A stretch of DNA of 63,894 bases from Octopus bimaculoides. Lineage: Eukaryota. The stretch covers positions 34,726,282 through 34,790,175 of the forward strand of contig NC_068987.1 of assembly GCF_001194135.2 (NCBI RefSeq), read 5' to 3'. The notes under the pieces are model-generated. The model was not told the DNA's origin. It was given only the letters and a program-made list of their open reading frames with translations, and searched no databases. The stretch's first letter is position 1; the number at the start of each line of letters is the position of its first letter. The translations under genes were made by a program, and so were the position numbers. This document shows, in pieces, positions 12,590-25,059 of this stretch.

Positions 12590-13290
12590 GTATTAAAGAA
12601 TTTCGGCCTATCTCTAAACATAAATGGTAATTAACGTAAAGTAAATATTCTAGATACTGCTTTTAGCTTGGAAACAGAGATGTACGAAATGTTCCATAAA
12701 CCGAACGAGTGCCTTAGGTACGTAAATGTAATGTCCAATCATCCACCATGCATAACGAAAGCAATAGTTCGGGACGTAGCCACTAAAATTAGACGACTGT
12801 CAGCCAATGAGACAATATTCAACATAAATGCACCATACTAAAATGAAGCACTAGCCGGGCATAAGGAAAAAGATCAAGCTTACACTTGTTGATATCCTAA
12901 ATCGTACTAATACCCACACACGCAAAGAAGAAAATACATGCATTATGAACATCTACAAGAAATACATAGCAATAAAATACACATACGCAAGATAGAATGG
13001 AAACAATAAACAAGAGCCGAAAATATAGCAATAGCATCAACAAGGACACACAAAGTAGCAAGAAAATCCAACAAAATGTACTACTACATACACAAATACG
13101 ATACAAAAATATACATGCAGGCAACAACCAAAAACACGGATCAAACAAACAACGCAGGGAATGATAAATGGGAATCATAAAAATAAGAATAGTGACCCCG
13201 AAAATCGTAATACGAGCGAAGAAAAAAGACCGACAGTTATAATAGGACCCCAATCAAAACTGAAAAACGAGCAATAATATCAAGAACACT
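12590..13290 (+). mobile_element. Penelope-like element fragment (RT C-terminus/thumb plus low-complexity linker)
   Basis: NFGLSLNINGN*RKVNILDTAFSLETEMYEMFHKPNECLRYVNVMSNHPPCITKAIVRDVATKIRRLSANETIFNINAPY*NEALA is a clear PLE motif set (VNFLD, HKPN, SNHPP, LSANE). Confidence 0.85.
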
Positions 13291-13299
13291 GCAATTTAG

Positions 13300-13595
13300 T
13301 GAAATAAATCGAACCAGGGCTTAATCTGTGTAAGCCTAGTACTTATTCTATCGTTCACTTTTGCCGAGCTGATAGGTTAAAGGGACGTAAACACTTGAAC
13401 ATTTGTTATCAAGAGAGAGTGGGAAACAAAGACAAACTTAGATACCTCTATTTCATATGTGGGAAATTCCGTCTGTGGGTGCGTTTGTGGACTTGTTAGC
13501 AATATCATTTTATTATCTCATTCTTTAACTTGTTTCCTCCATTAGACTGCGGATATGCTGGAGCAACGCCTTAACATAATTTAGTCACTTGACAC
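13300..13595 (-). mobile_element. Two SINE family A fragments
   Basis: aagcctagtacttattctatcg..ttttgccga and ttgtttc..gactgcgg.atgctggagca.cgcctt match other family-A copies. Confidence 0.75.
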
Positions 13596-13692
13596 ATGAG
13601 TAAAACTCATGTCTGGAAACCTTGTGGCATACTCAGATTGTTGAAAACAATCGAAAATGGGACCCCTAGAAGGGATACCTCTCTCCCACACA

Positions 13693-13736
<44 letters not shown>

Positions 13737-13939
13737 TGCATATTAATACCGAAGAGACATACCCTTCACTTAGATTATAACAACCGAGGGAAATAAGCCA
13801 TTCATTTTCTAAAACATTGCTATAGATCAAGTTGAGTGTGCTTATTTCTTAGTATAGAGTCATTTTAGAAATTAATCCACTACAACCCTTAAACAAGTAA
13901 ATAGTATTTTCCTAAACAATACATCCACTTATTTCGGTT

Positions 13940-14345
13940 AGTGACTTATTCGCGAATATACAAACACTAGCGCTGCTGAGAGTGATATTCTCTGGGAATG
14001 CATAAAAGCCCTTTTCAAAGTTATTTGTTTTGAATAGTTATTAGCTCATATCTAATTAGCCTGTTATTACGTAAAATGCTTCACGATTTTAGTATACACA
14101 CCTTATTAGTATTTCCTCGAAACACTATATACTCTGGGTACGCATTAAAACCCCTTTCAGGACTACTTTATTTGAATTCTTATTGCCGGGTAACTAATTT
14201 AAATGTTATTACATAACTACGTAACAATTTGTATATTCGTAACTTATTGGGAATTCCTAAAAACAAGATCATGTGGGTATTCTCTGTAAATTCACAAAAA
14301 TCGTTTTCAGGGTTATATACATTGTATTGTTCTTATTAGATTAGC
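13940..14345. repeat. Degenerate ~145-bp tandem repeat, ~2.5 units
   Basis: The anchor tattctctggg/tatactctggg/tattctctg recurs at 13986, 14128 and 14278, with shared downstream motifs (tttca, tgttattac, cttatt..attcct..aaaca). Confidence 0.6.
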
Positions 14346-14424
14346 GAAAAAATTATGAGAATGGAAACAAGGGACAAGCCCTACTTTCCCGGGAATTACC
14401 AAGTACGTCAGCTAGTATACATAT

Positions 14425-14577
14425 ATACACAACGTCCTTCTTTCAGTTTCCAACTACGAGTTCCATTCACAAGGCTTTCGCTGGCCCGAGGCCACAGTAG
14501 AAGACACGCAGTGGGATTGAACTAGGAACTATGTAGTTTAGAAGCAAGCTTCTTTCTACAATGCAACTCCTGCGCCT
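14425..14577 (-). mobile_element. SINE family A, tRNA-derived head with internal deletion
   Basis: The reverse complement starts aggcgcaggagttg..aagcttgcttc..gttcaatcccactgcgtgtc (A/B-box-like head); matches 33381-33537. Confidence 0.8.
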
Positions 14578-17311
14578 TTGATTATATGTCTTGTCTATTC
14601 TATATCAAGTTACTAATTTTCAATCCAAAGAGTTTCTAATATCAGAGCAAACCACTTGTACAGCAATTCTATCGCCAATCAGTAAATATCAAATATATCA
14701 TTGTCATCTGTCTTATTTGGAATGCTACGTAAACTATTGCTACTTGCTTAACGATTCGTATGAAATACATCACTTTGTTACTACGCTTCACATCACACAG
14801 CCTATCTTTATATCGAATCTGTGATGAAAGATTTACACTGCAAGTATCGGCTTCTTCATGGCATTACTTCTACACCATGGAGTAGTGGATTGGTCGGGGA
14901 GGCGCTATTCTGTGTGTTTTATTTTGAAAGTGAAGACACATATTAGTGTCATGGGGTGGGTTTTCGGGTTATTGGGTATAATAAATGGCGAAATTTAATA
15001 TGAAGAACAAAGGTGACATTATAAACTCATTTAAGTGGGAAGATATATGATGATGTTTAAACGATCACATTTCTACAAAGTGTTGTTATGTGACACGTAT
15101 CAAAGTGCCATGTTGTAAATTGCGCCTTTGGTTTAAGCTACTAAGTAAAATTATATCTGATTTCGCAACATTAAATGTCTTTTGTTTCCTGCAACATAAA
15201 TCAATTGGGGCACGACGTTTCGAATTATGACACATGTTCGGGATAAAAATCTCTCTAATTTCATCCTTTAAGTTACAACTTTTGTATTCCCTGAAGATTT
15301 TAAAAGCAATCATTCTATGTCCATTGTAAAAATAAACATTAAATGAAGTGTAAAAGCTATCATTATAATGATACAGAATTTCATTTTCAAATTTATCGAA
15401 AGCTTAAAGATGTATTTCTCAGCAAATTAACGTGTCCGAGTTCGCTTCTCTTCTTATAATGTCTTAGACGGTGTTTGCAAAAACAATAGCTATGAACTAC
15501 TCCTGTGCCGACGGAAAGTTACTGAAAGATACGAGAGACTCAGCCTTAAAACATGCAACAAAATAGACACTACTGAGGGCATGAAGATTTAAAGAAACCT
15601 ATAGATTATGTATATTACCCAATAAGAGAATAGTCACTGTAACAATATTCCTTGTATACCAAATCTAACTCAACGAGCATTACGACAGTATCGTGCATAA
15701 TACCTCGCATGGGATGCTACTACAAAATACGTAGTAACGATGTCAAACTCTTGATTACGTGACCGTGTTTGTTCCCACGCATTACCTGAAGATCAATATA
15801 AGCGTGAATAAATTCATTTGGAAATTTCGTCTAAGATAATGATTAGAAGATTTTTATCATTTTCTGTTCTTACGTCTCGGCAAGTTGGTTTTTACTTCTC
15901 CTGAACACACTGTAGTTAAAAGCTATAGCAATAGGCATCACAATGTAGTAAAACGAATGAACATGTCATGATTCATATATGACATCCATCAATTCAACAG
16001 TTGACATGTTAAATAACTGTCAGTATAAAGCAAAACCCTCAGATAGTACATGTAACACTTCGTCTACAGAAGCAATATTTCTTTCTGTATTTCTTCATTG
16101 CAAGCAAAGCAGTGATGTAATTAAGCATGATTAATTACAAAAATTCCCCGCACTTGATACAGTATTATAAAACAAAGAGCATTTCCAAGTATTATATAAT
16201 AAAGATCCTTTCCAAAGATATTATTCATATTGCGACAAGATGTCGGGTAATGTCTTAATTGAAATAATCAATGTTTCCTTCGACCAACTTCGCGATATGC
16301 AGGATAAGAAAAGTTCAATTTCTGAGTGTTTACTTCGAAAACAATGAAAATAACAAAGTAAGTGAACATTCAATGTATATATAAATGAATATCCTTAGAT
16401 TTCTCTGCCCATATCTGTATGTGAATAAACCACATTTCATCAAGTATTGTTTCAACTTGTGGCACTCATTCAATGGAATGCACTTGTTCAATGGAATTCA
16501 CTTGTAAAATTTCGTACAGATATCTGATCTTATATCAATGTCTTAAATATTGGTATATACAATGAAGATAATCTTGCCAGTTGCATTGATTGTGCGAGAA
16601 AAAACAAATTGTTATACTGTAGTTTACCTTTTGATTTCAAATCTCACTCATGTCCTTCGTTTTTCATTCTGGAGTCCATAGATATGAATAACAATGCGTA
16701 TCGGTATTCTTCTAATCAACAATATCATTCTCCGAAATATCAGTCACACTCTCTATGTGAGAGAGTGATAAGTGATTACATAAAGTTGGGCACACAGGTA
16801 CAACAGAATAAGTGAATGAATGAATGAATAAATAAATAGATAAGTAAGTAAATAAATAAAAGGATAGTAGATGCTGAACTGATTATAACAATATCTATGC
16901 GCTATACTGAATACGGTATTTAGAAATTTATATTAAATATTGAATTAGATATTTATTACACTCTGCAATGGATTGGATACTCAGGGATATGTACATTCTA
17001 CCGGCTGAATAAATAATTTATTCCCTATGAAACATCTGGAAATATACACCATTCGATTGCTGAATTATTAGCAAGTATGGTGGAAAAATATACATAACGC
17101 CCAAAAATACAGTCAACTCACATGAAGTAATGATAACAACATATCGTTCCTACATTTGTAAATGTAAAATAAATGTCGTTACATCATATCAAATATGTAT
17201 ATATGCACGTCACAGATATTGCATCGCATTATTTTCATTAATTTTCATTCTTTTCCATCTGTACATCAAAATCAATCTCGATTTTCTAGTAAACGACAAT
17301 GCATTTGTAAA

Positions 17312-17433
17312 CGCTGGCGTAGCGCTGTGGTACGACATTTATCTCGCAACTGCATGGTTCAGTGTTCAATCACTGTGCATGACACCTTCTGAAGGTGTTA
17401 TATTGTAGATTCGGCCGGACCAAGGAAGCCCAT

Positions 17434-17466
<33 letters not shown>

Positions 17467-17660
17467 GAGTTTGTGTGCGAGCGTGTGTGTGTGCGCGCGC
17501 GCGGCTGTCTGCGCGTGTGCTTCTTTGTACATGCGCTTGTCTCCATCACTGCTTGACAACAGGTGTTTTTATGGTTATGTCACGTAACTTAACAGTTTGG
17601 CAACAGAGATCGATAGAATAAGTACCATATTTTACAAATATAATAAGTATTGGGGCCGAT
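17312..17660 (+). mobile_element. SINE family A, old near-complete copy with central microsatellite
   Basis: Degenerate head, then (TA)n/(TG)n, then tgcttgacaac..gtaacttaacagtttggcaacagagatcgatagaataagtacc. Confidence 0.7.
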
Positions 17661-18009
17661 AATACCGACTAAAATTCTTCAATATGATATAAAAGATACT
17701 GATAATGTTAACAGAAGTCATACCAGTAATTCTAAAGAAATAGCTCTAAATTCTAATCCACATATATGTATTTTAGATGAAGTGGATGCAGTAAACGCTG
17801 AATGTATTGAGACTGAGGTTGAGCTCACGATATAGAGTGTAGAGGTAAATATTCCGAAACAAATGTAGACGTTTTCACTATTTTCCGTATTCCCTGTTGA
17901 CTAATCGCTAACTGTATATATCTTGTGCTGATAAAAGATAGTCACGACTAGCAGAAGTGTCATGCAACTAAAGTATACCTTACATTGAAATGGGCAGAAT
18001 TGAACACAT

Positions 18010-18072
18010 TGCATAACAACAACAGCAACAACAACACACAAGAACACCACCACCAACAACAACAACAACAAC

Positions 18073-18131
<59 letters not shown>

Positions 18132-18138
18132 TAATCAA

Positions 18139-18200
<62 letters not shown>

Positions 18201-18226
18201 TAATAATGACAATAATAATAATAATA
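18010..18226. repeat. (CAA)n/(TAA)n microsatellite
   Basis: Directly visible. Confidence 0.95.
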
Positions 18227-18790
18227 AATGTATAAAATAGCTCCTACTCTGCGAAACTTTTTATCTGTAAATATGAGATCATGGAGAACCACACTGATGT
18301 TGGAAAATGACAATGAATNNNNNNNNNNNNNNNNNNNNNNNNNNNNNNNNNNNNNNNNNNNNNNNNNNNNNNNNNNNNNNNNNNNNNNNNNNNNNNNNNN
18401 NNNNNNNNNNNNNNNNNNNNNNNNNNNNNNNNNNNNNNNNNNNNNNNNNNNNNNNNNNTATCACAACTCCTCTTCTGTCTAGCCCTAATACCGCTCTCAA
18501 AATTGCTCAATGATGCACAGTATGGTTATAAAATATTTGATAAAAATATAAATCATCTCATTTACATGGATGATTTAAAGCTCTTTGCAAAAAATGACCA
18601 ACAACTCAAAGGCCTACTAGCGATTGTTAAACAATTCAGTGATGACATCAGGATGCAATTTGGCCTTGATAAATGTGCAAAAGCTACCTTTATCAAAGGA
18701 AAAATGACAAATACATCTAATGTGAACCTTGACCAGCAAAATGTCATAAAAGAGTTAGAACCAGCGGAGAGCTACAAATACCTAGGGGTA
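18226..18790 (+). mobile_element. R4/Dong-like non-LTR retrotransposon RT fragment (contains an N-gap)
   Basis: LLFCLALIPLSKLLNDAQYGYKIFDKNINHLIYMDDLKLFAKNDQQLKGLL..FSDDIRMQFGLDKCAK..YKYLGV, with YMDD at 18563-18574; starts directly after (TAA)n. Confidence 0.9.
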
Positions 18791-19317
18791 ATCTCGTGGC
18801 TTCTGATTTTAACTGATTGGAAGTGTTCCCATGTATATGTTTTGTGTTGGAATAAATGATGGGCTACAGCAAATATTCTGCTCAATACCACGGGTTCGCT
18901 CGTCAGTTGTTTGACCTTAACCAGTTGAGCATGTCCCTTGGAGGCTGTCGATATGTGCATATCTGATCACGTACAGAACTAGGTGGGAAGTATCATTCAC
19001 GTATGTTGAGAGGAATTCTTTGGAGTTTAAATAATTCACCTCTGGAAACATGGTTGTTACATTCAAAATCCTTAAACAACCCTTATTCAAGGACCTTTTG
19101 ATCGGGATGGGCTACTCAACATGAAGAAAATTCTAGCTTGGCTTCACCTACTAGCTCATGCACTTTTTATCTTGATATGAGATTACTGTTACGCACATGA
19201 TTTTGATGCATATACCTGGTGTACCACTATAAGACAGGTAGTCATGGTGGGCATACTGGGCTTCGAATGTTCGTAAGCTAGTGACACTTTAATGGCATGT
19301 ACTGCTGTCACGCTTTG
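18791..19317 (+). mobile_element. Family T element, slightly 5'-truncated, fused to Dong RT, with (TAA)n tail
   Basis: Collinear with the reverse complement of 9019-9530; followed by taatgataataat. Confidence 0.75.
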
Positions 19318-19322
19318 TAATG

Positions 19323-19359
<37 letters not shown>

Positions 19360-19630
19360 TAATAATAATAATAATAATAATAATAATCAGAAGAAGAAGA
19401 AGAAGAAGAAGAAGAAGAAGAAGAAGAAGAAGAAGAAGAAGAAGAAGAAGAAGAATGATAAAATATGTGAATTTGGCAGAAGACCAGTGACTGTGATAAT
19501 AGATCAGTTGACCTTCACTGGAATTTGAACACAGACCGTAAAAAGCAGGAACAAATAACAGAAGGTATTTTTTATGATTACTCCAACGATCTTTTTATGT
19601 TCCGAATAGCTTCTGCTGCACCTGCTGTTA

Positions 19631-19677
<47 letters not shown>

Positions 19678-19729
19678 GACACTACTACTACTAAGAACAA
19701 CAACAACAACAACAACAACACCAATAATA

Positions 19730-19764
<35 letters not shown>

Positions 19765-19765
19765 T
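19318..19765. repeat. Trinucleotide tracts (TAA)n(GAA)n and (CTA)n(CTG)n(CAA)n(TAA)n
   Basis: Directly visible. Confidence 0.95.
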
Positions 19766-20626
19766 CTTTGAATACAGTGAATACAGCACCACAACAAACC
19801 AAATCTTGTAGTTTTCTTTGGATTTAGGTTAAGTGGTTCGTGGGAAGTAGATATAAAAGGTATCAAGAAATTGCATGACCTCACACATTCAGCAGTAAAA
19901 TATTTTTATCTAGTGCTACAAAGTATGTCATAAATTTTCACGATGATAATAAAGACAACAGTGAAAATAATATAATTATATTTTAATTAAATATATAGGA
20001 AACTATCTCAAAACGCGTTTTCTTACACGGTTCTAAAATATACGAAAGGACAAAGAGAATTATTTATTAAAACAATGTAAAAATGTATTATTATATGTAC
20101 AACATCATTGATAATTACATTTAAAAGGAGAGATAATATACAACAAAAGCCGCCTATTTACAGAAACATTGAATAAATCGTCTCATATACATGTATTTCT
20201 AACTAAAAATTGAAAAATTACAATATACAGAGAAAAGAGGAGGATATCGACAAATGCCAAAATTAGAAAAGGCGTTAAAATAAATATTGTTTAATGAGTC
20301 AGAGTTGCAATGATTAGAAAATTAGGAATGATGTCTGAGTTTAGAGAAGATATTACAAAGCTACTACCATAGCTAACTCTGTATCCCCTCCTCTCTACCT
20401 CTCCATCTACCTCCCTCTATTTACTTATACATGCCTCAGCGCTCTCACCCTCTCTATCTATCTATCTCTTTCTCTCTCACTTTTAATCTCCACGCCTACC
20501 CACCTTCATTCTTGAAATTACTCCTTCTCCACTCTGCATGAATATTCAGCTGGACCTTTTCCCTCCGTTAATATCAGCTCCTCAGTGTTCTATCTTAACT
20601 TCCCTAAACGCTATAGCCTCACTATC

Positions 20627-23221
20627 TTTTTATTATAGCCACACAGGGCTAAATACAGAAAATGGACAAATTACAAAGTAGACCTTTTCGGGGGGGGGGC
20701 GGATAATTTCGATCAAAAGGGATCGCGGAAAAAAAAAGGTGGGTATTTTGATCAAAAGGGATCGCGGGAACAAAGAAAAAAAAACAAAAAAACGTGGGTG
20801 AGGGGCGATCAATAGGGATCGTGTATCAGTCAATGTAAAAAAACCTGGAACAGATTAGGTTTNNNNNNNNNNNNNNNNNNNNNNNNNNNNNNNNNNNNNN
20901 NNNNNNNNNNNNNNNNNNNNNNNNNNNNNNNNNNNNNNNNNNNNNNNNNNNNNNNNNNNNNNNNNNNNNNNNNNNNNNNNNNNNNNNNNNNNNNNNNNNN
21001 NNNNNNNNNNNNNNNNNNNNNNNNNNNNNNNNNNNNNNNNNNNNNNNNNNNNNNNNNNNNNNNNNNNNNNNNNNNNNNNNNNNNNNNNNNNNNNNNNNNN
21101 NNNNNNNNNNNNNNNNNNNNNNNNNNNNNNNNNNNNNNNNNNNNNNNNNNNNNNNNNNNNNNNNNNNNNNNNNNNNNNNNNNNNNNNNNNNNNNNNNNNN
21201 NNNNNNNNNNNNNNNNNNNNNNNNNNNNNNNNNNNNNNNNNNNNNNNNNNNNNNNNNNNNNNNNNNNNNNNNNNNNNNNNNNNNNNNNNNNNNNNNNNNN
21301 NNNNNNNNNNNNNNNNNNNNNNNNNNNNNNNNNNNNNNNNNNNNNNNNNNNNNNNNGCATCATTAACCACGGCATCCCCAGTCCTTCATGTAACGGTTCT
21401 TGACAGCAAATGGATCGCCTCACCATCGGAACGCCACCCTTCCACAGAAAGCGGAAAAGTATGCGTTCTAGTTTCGTGATGGTGGCATCGGGACAAGGCA
21501 CGACGGTCAGGCGGTAATCGATGACTGATGCGATATACACATTAGCCACCTCGGCCCGCCCTTTTAGGGATAACTTTCTCTCAGCCCATGTTTGGCTGAG
21601 TTTGATCACTCTACTGGTGATCTCGTCCCAGTTCTTATCCATTTGGAGGTCCGGACTGAACCAGACCCCGAGCAGTTTAACCGGTCCATCCGTCCAGCGT
21701 CCCATTACGGAGTCACTGTTGGACGGTATGGGCTTCCTTCTCCAGGTGTCGAGTAACAAACCCACTGACATTTCCGGGTTAATTTTTGCTCCTGTCACCG
21801 TTTCGTATTCTTTAAGTGTCTCGCCTAGCATCTCGACGTGCTTTTCGGTCGACACTATGACGGTGACATCGTCCGCATATGCAGACACGCTCGTCCCGCA
21901 ACTAAGCTCTCGTGGGATACCCCTCAGTGTCGCCAGCTTCCACAGTAGTGGTTCGAGCGTCAATACATACAGAAGCGCCGACAGGGGACATCCCTGGCGG
22001 ACCGAACGCGTGATGTCGAACGGTTTTGACAGATGACCGTTTACCCGAATTACCGATCGGATGCCGCTANNNNNNNNNNNNNNNNNNNNNNNNNNNNNNN
22101 NNNNNNNNNNNNNNNNNNNNNNNNNNNNNNNNNNNNNNNNNNNNNNNNNNNNNNNNNNNNNNNNNNNNNNNNNNNNNNNNNNNNNNNNNNNNNNNNNNNN
22201 NNNNNNNNNNNNNNNNNNNNNNNNNNNNNNNNNNNNNNNNNNNNNNNNNNNNNNNNNNNNNNNNNNNNNNNNNNNNNNNNNNNNNNNNNNNNNNNNNNNN
22301 NNNNNNNNNNNNNNNNNNNNNNNNNNNNNNNNNNNNNNNNNNNNNNNNNNNNNNNNNNNNNNNNNNNNNNNNNNNNNNNNNNNNNNNNNNNNNNNNNNNN
22401 NNNNNNNNNNNNNNNNNNNNNNNNNNNNNNNNNNNNNNNNNNNNNNNNNNNNNNNNNNNNNNNNNNNNNNNNNNNNNNNNNNNNNNNNNNNNNNNNNNNN
22501 NNNNNNNNNNNNNNNNNNNNNNNNNNNNNNNNNNNNNNNNNNNNNNNNNNNNNNNNNNNNNNNNNNNNNNNNNNNNNNNNNNNNNNNNNNNNNNNNNNNN
22601 NNNNNNNNNNNNNNNNNNNNNNNNNNNNNNNNNNNNNNNNNNNNNNNNNNNNNNNNNNNNNNNNNNNNNNNNNNNNNNNNNNNNNNNNNNNNNNNNNNNN
22701 NNNNNNNNNNNNNNNNNNNNNNNNNNNNNNNNNAAACAAGTCTGGCATTTGACAATACAGCTCGTAGGGTAGACCATCCAATCCAGGCGACTTATCCCTC
22801 GCGCAGCCCGCCATAGCATCCCTTACTTCAGCAGCTGTGATGGGACCCTCACAACACTCTGCCTCTCCCGCCGAGAGCCGCGGCAGGCCGGTCAGGAAGG
22901 CAGTGAAGTCCATCCTGCGTTCCGACCCACCGCTCGCACCGAACAGTCGAGCAAAGTGCTGTTGAAAGGCTCCACACATCCTTTCGGGTTCGAGCAAACT
23001 ACAACCCTGTTCATCGATTAGAGATCGAATGGTGGCTCTGTTACTGCGTTGCGCCTCCGCCACCCGGGCTTCTCGCGCAGCTTCGATCCCTTCGTTCCTT
23101 AAGGCACGCATTTTAGCTCNNNNNNNNNNGCTTCGATCCCTTCGTTCCTTAAGGCACGCATTTTAGCTCTGACGACGCAACCTTCGTGTTTGGCGTTGAG
23201 GTGTTGGTCGAGGGCCATCCT
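20627..23221 (-). mobile_element. 5'-truncated Tx1/L1-clade LINE with 10-bp TSD (cctcactatc at 20617-20626 and 23222-23231)
   Basis: ORF2 peptides KSPGLDGLPYE, VRQGCPLSALLYVLTLEPLL, YADD (21868-21879), KLLGVWF and GLGMP; no stops in the sequenced parts; aataaaaa tail next to the TSD; markedly more GC-rich than the flanks; two large N-gaps. Confidence 0.93.
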
Positions 23222-23489
23222 CCTCACTATCCTAAATGGTAACTTTTATTTCTAAAGACATTAACCATCTTTAAAATACCACTTATACTACCCCTCCCAT
23301 TGATCTACTAGCTCTCCATTTCCACTACTAATTCTGTCAATACCCTGTTCATTCACACCCCATCTGCTTCACTTTCAATTACTAGCTCCTACATTTCCCA
23401 CACCACGATTGAACCACCTACTTCCTCCTGCTACTAGTACTTACTTGCTTTCTCCTACACCCATTTGACCTTTAAATTTCTTTTCATGA

Positions 23490-23856
23490 TAATCAGATAC
23501 ATTAGATTACATTTTTTTTTTTTTGCTTCCGTTAATGCTTGTACATTGTTGGTGAATTACAACTGCCAACATTATGGAGAAACTCTGAGCCCCTGAAACA
23601 GCTGTCAGACTATATATACATACACACACACACACACANNNNNNNNNNNNNNNTATATATATATATATTGATAGAGCAAACTTACTCAGATTACATGGAC
23701 TCAAAGAATTAAATGGGAGAACGTATGGTGTTAGAAGTCCGACACCTATTTCTGGGGGACTCAGAGTTCCTTCATAATGTTGGCAGATGTAGTTCACCAA
23801 ATATTTACAACCAGTAACGGAAGCAAATAAAAATTGGAATCTAATGTATCAGATTA
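23490..23856. mobile_element. MITE with ~105-bp imperfect TIRs and terminal TA (Tc1/mariner-like)
   Basis: The left end taatcagatacattagattac..tttgcttccgtta..ttggtgaattacaactgccaacattatggagaaactctgag is the inverted counterpart of ctcagagttccttcataatgttggcagatgtagttcaccaa..taacggaagcaaa..ctaatgtatcagatta. Confidence 0.85.
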
Positions 23857-25059
23857 TTTCCCTTCGCAAATACTAATCGGACACAGACAGTATGTCGTTA
23901 GCTAGCTGGAGGAGAGTCTACCTGGGTCTATAAACAACAGTAGCATCACCAGACTATAAATAACAGTAGCATCACACATAGATATATGTATATATATGTA
24001 CGTATATATATGTACGTATACACACACACACACCCACATATTTGTTTCTCTGATTATTTCTGGTTTTGTGCTTTTAAATACTAACACGCACGTACGCGCG
24101 CACGCACACGCACACAAACATGTGTATGTGTGCGTTTTGTGTTAGTAAGTAAGAAAGTAAAACAAGAAATCATGAACAAACACACTGCATATTGAGAATC
24201 CCACACTTATGTCTTTCATCGCAGGTGCAAATGCCAGTACAAAAACATTGAATATTTTATAGAATATTTCAGTAAGTTAAGGTCTAGAAATTCTACATTC
24301 TTTATGTACAGAGCAATTTAATAATAAATTAACAAATAAGTCAGAAATGATAATCTACTATACAGTGTCTTATATCTTATTGTAATGGGCGTTATCTCAA
24401 TCGGCTGAACCGCTGCTCACCATGATTTTCGAGATTGCGAAGGAGATAATCAGGAAGGCTTTTAACAAACAAAAAAAGTGATAAAGTGTGATTATTTTGT
24501 GGATATTGAGTTTTGTATTAATAAATTACCTTTGATTTTTTGTTGTATTGCCCATGAATTGAGAGGGTTTACATTTACGATAGTATCCCTTCATTTCCCA
24601 TCATAGATATGCAGATTTGCTACCTTATTATAATGAGAATTATATCAGTCTCTCTGTCTCTTTGTCTGTTCCCTCTTCACGGCCAGACTGCTGGACCAAT
24701 GGTTACGATATTTTTCAGGATTACAAAAACGGTCGTCAACAAGGATTTTAAGGCTAAAATATCAGAAATTATGATCATTTCGTGGATATCGATTTTTGAA
24801 TCGATAAACCACATTCGCATTTTTTATCAAAAATTCACCGACCACGATTACCTCTGGATTTTCACCGAATAATTCGTAGCCCTATCGTAGATACGAAGGG
24901 GGTCACGAGGACGGTTAATAAAGAAAATAAAAAGGAAAAAGTGTGTGTCAGTATATAGTGTGTATAACTATTTAGTGGTTATTGAAATGTGTCAGTGTCG
25001 GCCAATATTCGAAGCGGCTATTCGAAGCGGCAGTTTTATCACTCAAAATAACCCATGGT

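Noticed and set aside
14425-14577. tRNA-like A/B boxes as tRNA genes (all family A/B heads)
   Set aside because: They continue into SINE bodies and do not form complete cloverleaves.
16303-16357. Possible 55-nt exon (IRKVQFLSVYFENNENNK), and another at 25860-25914 (LAATNLTLQLPRMNFDPV)
   Set aside because: Their phases do not chain with the other candidates and the peptides are unrecognisable.
17650-17835. ORF with Walker-B-like ICILDEVDAV
   Set aside because: No Walker A, no convincing splice sites, and the start overlaps a SINE end; likely chance.
19525-19827. Poly-Thr/Ala/Asn ORF
   Set aside because: Translation of a compound trinucleotide microsatellite.
23071-23170. Exact ~40-bp duplication across a 10-N gap within the Tx1 element
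   Set aside because: Typical unmerged contig overlap; an assembly artefact.
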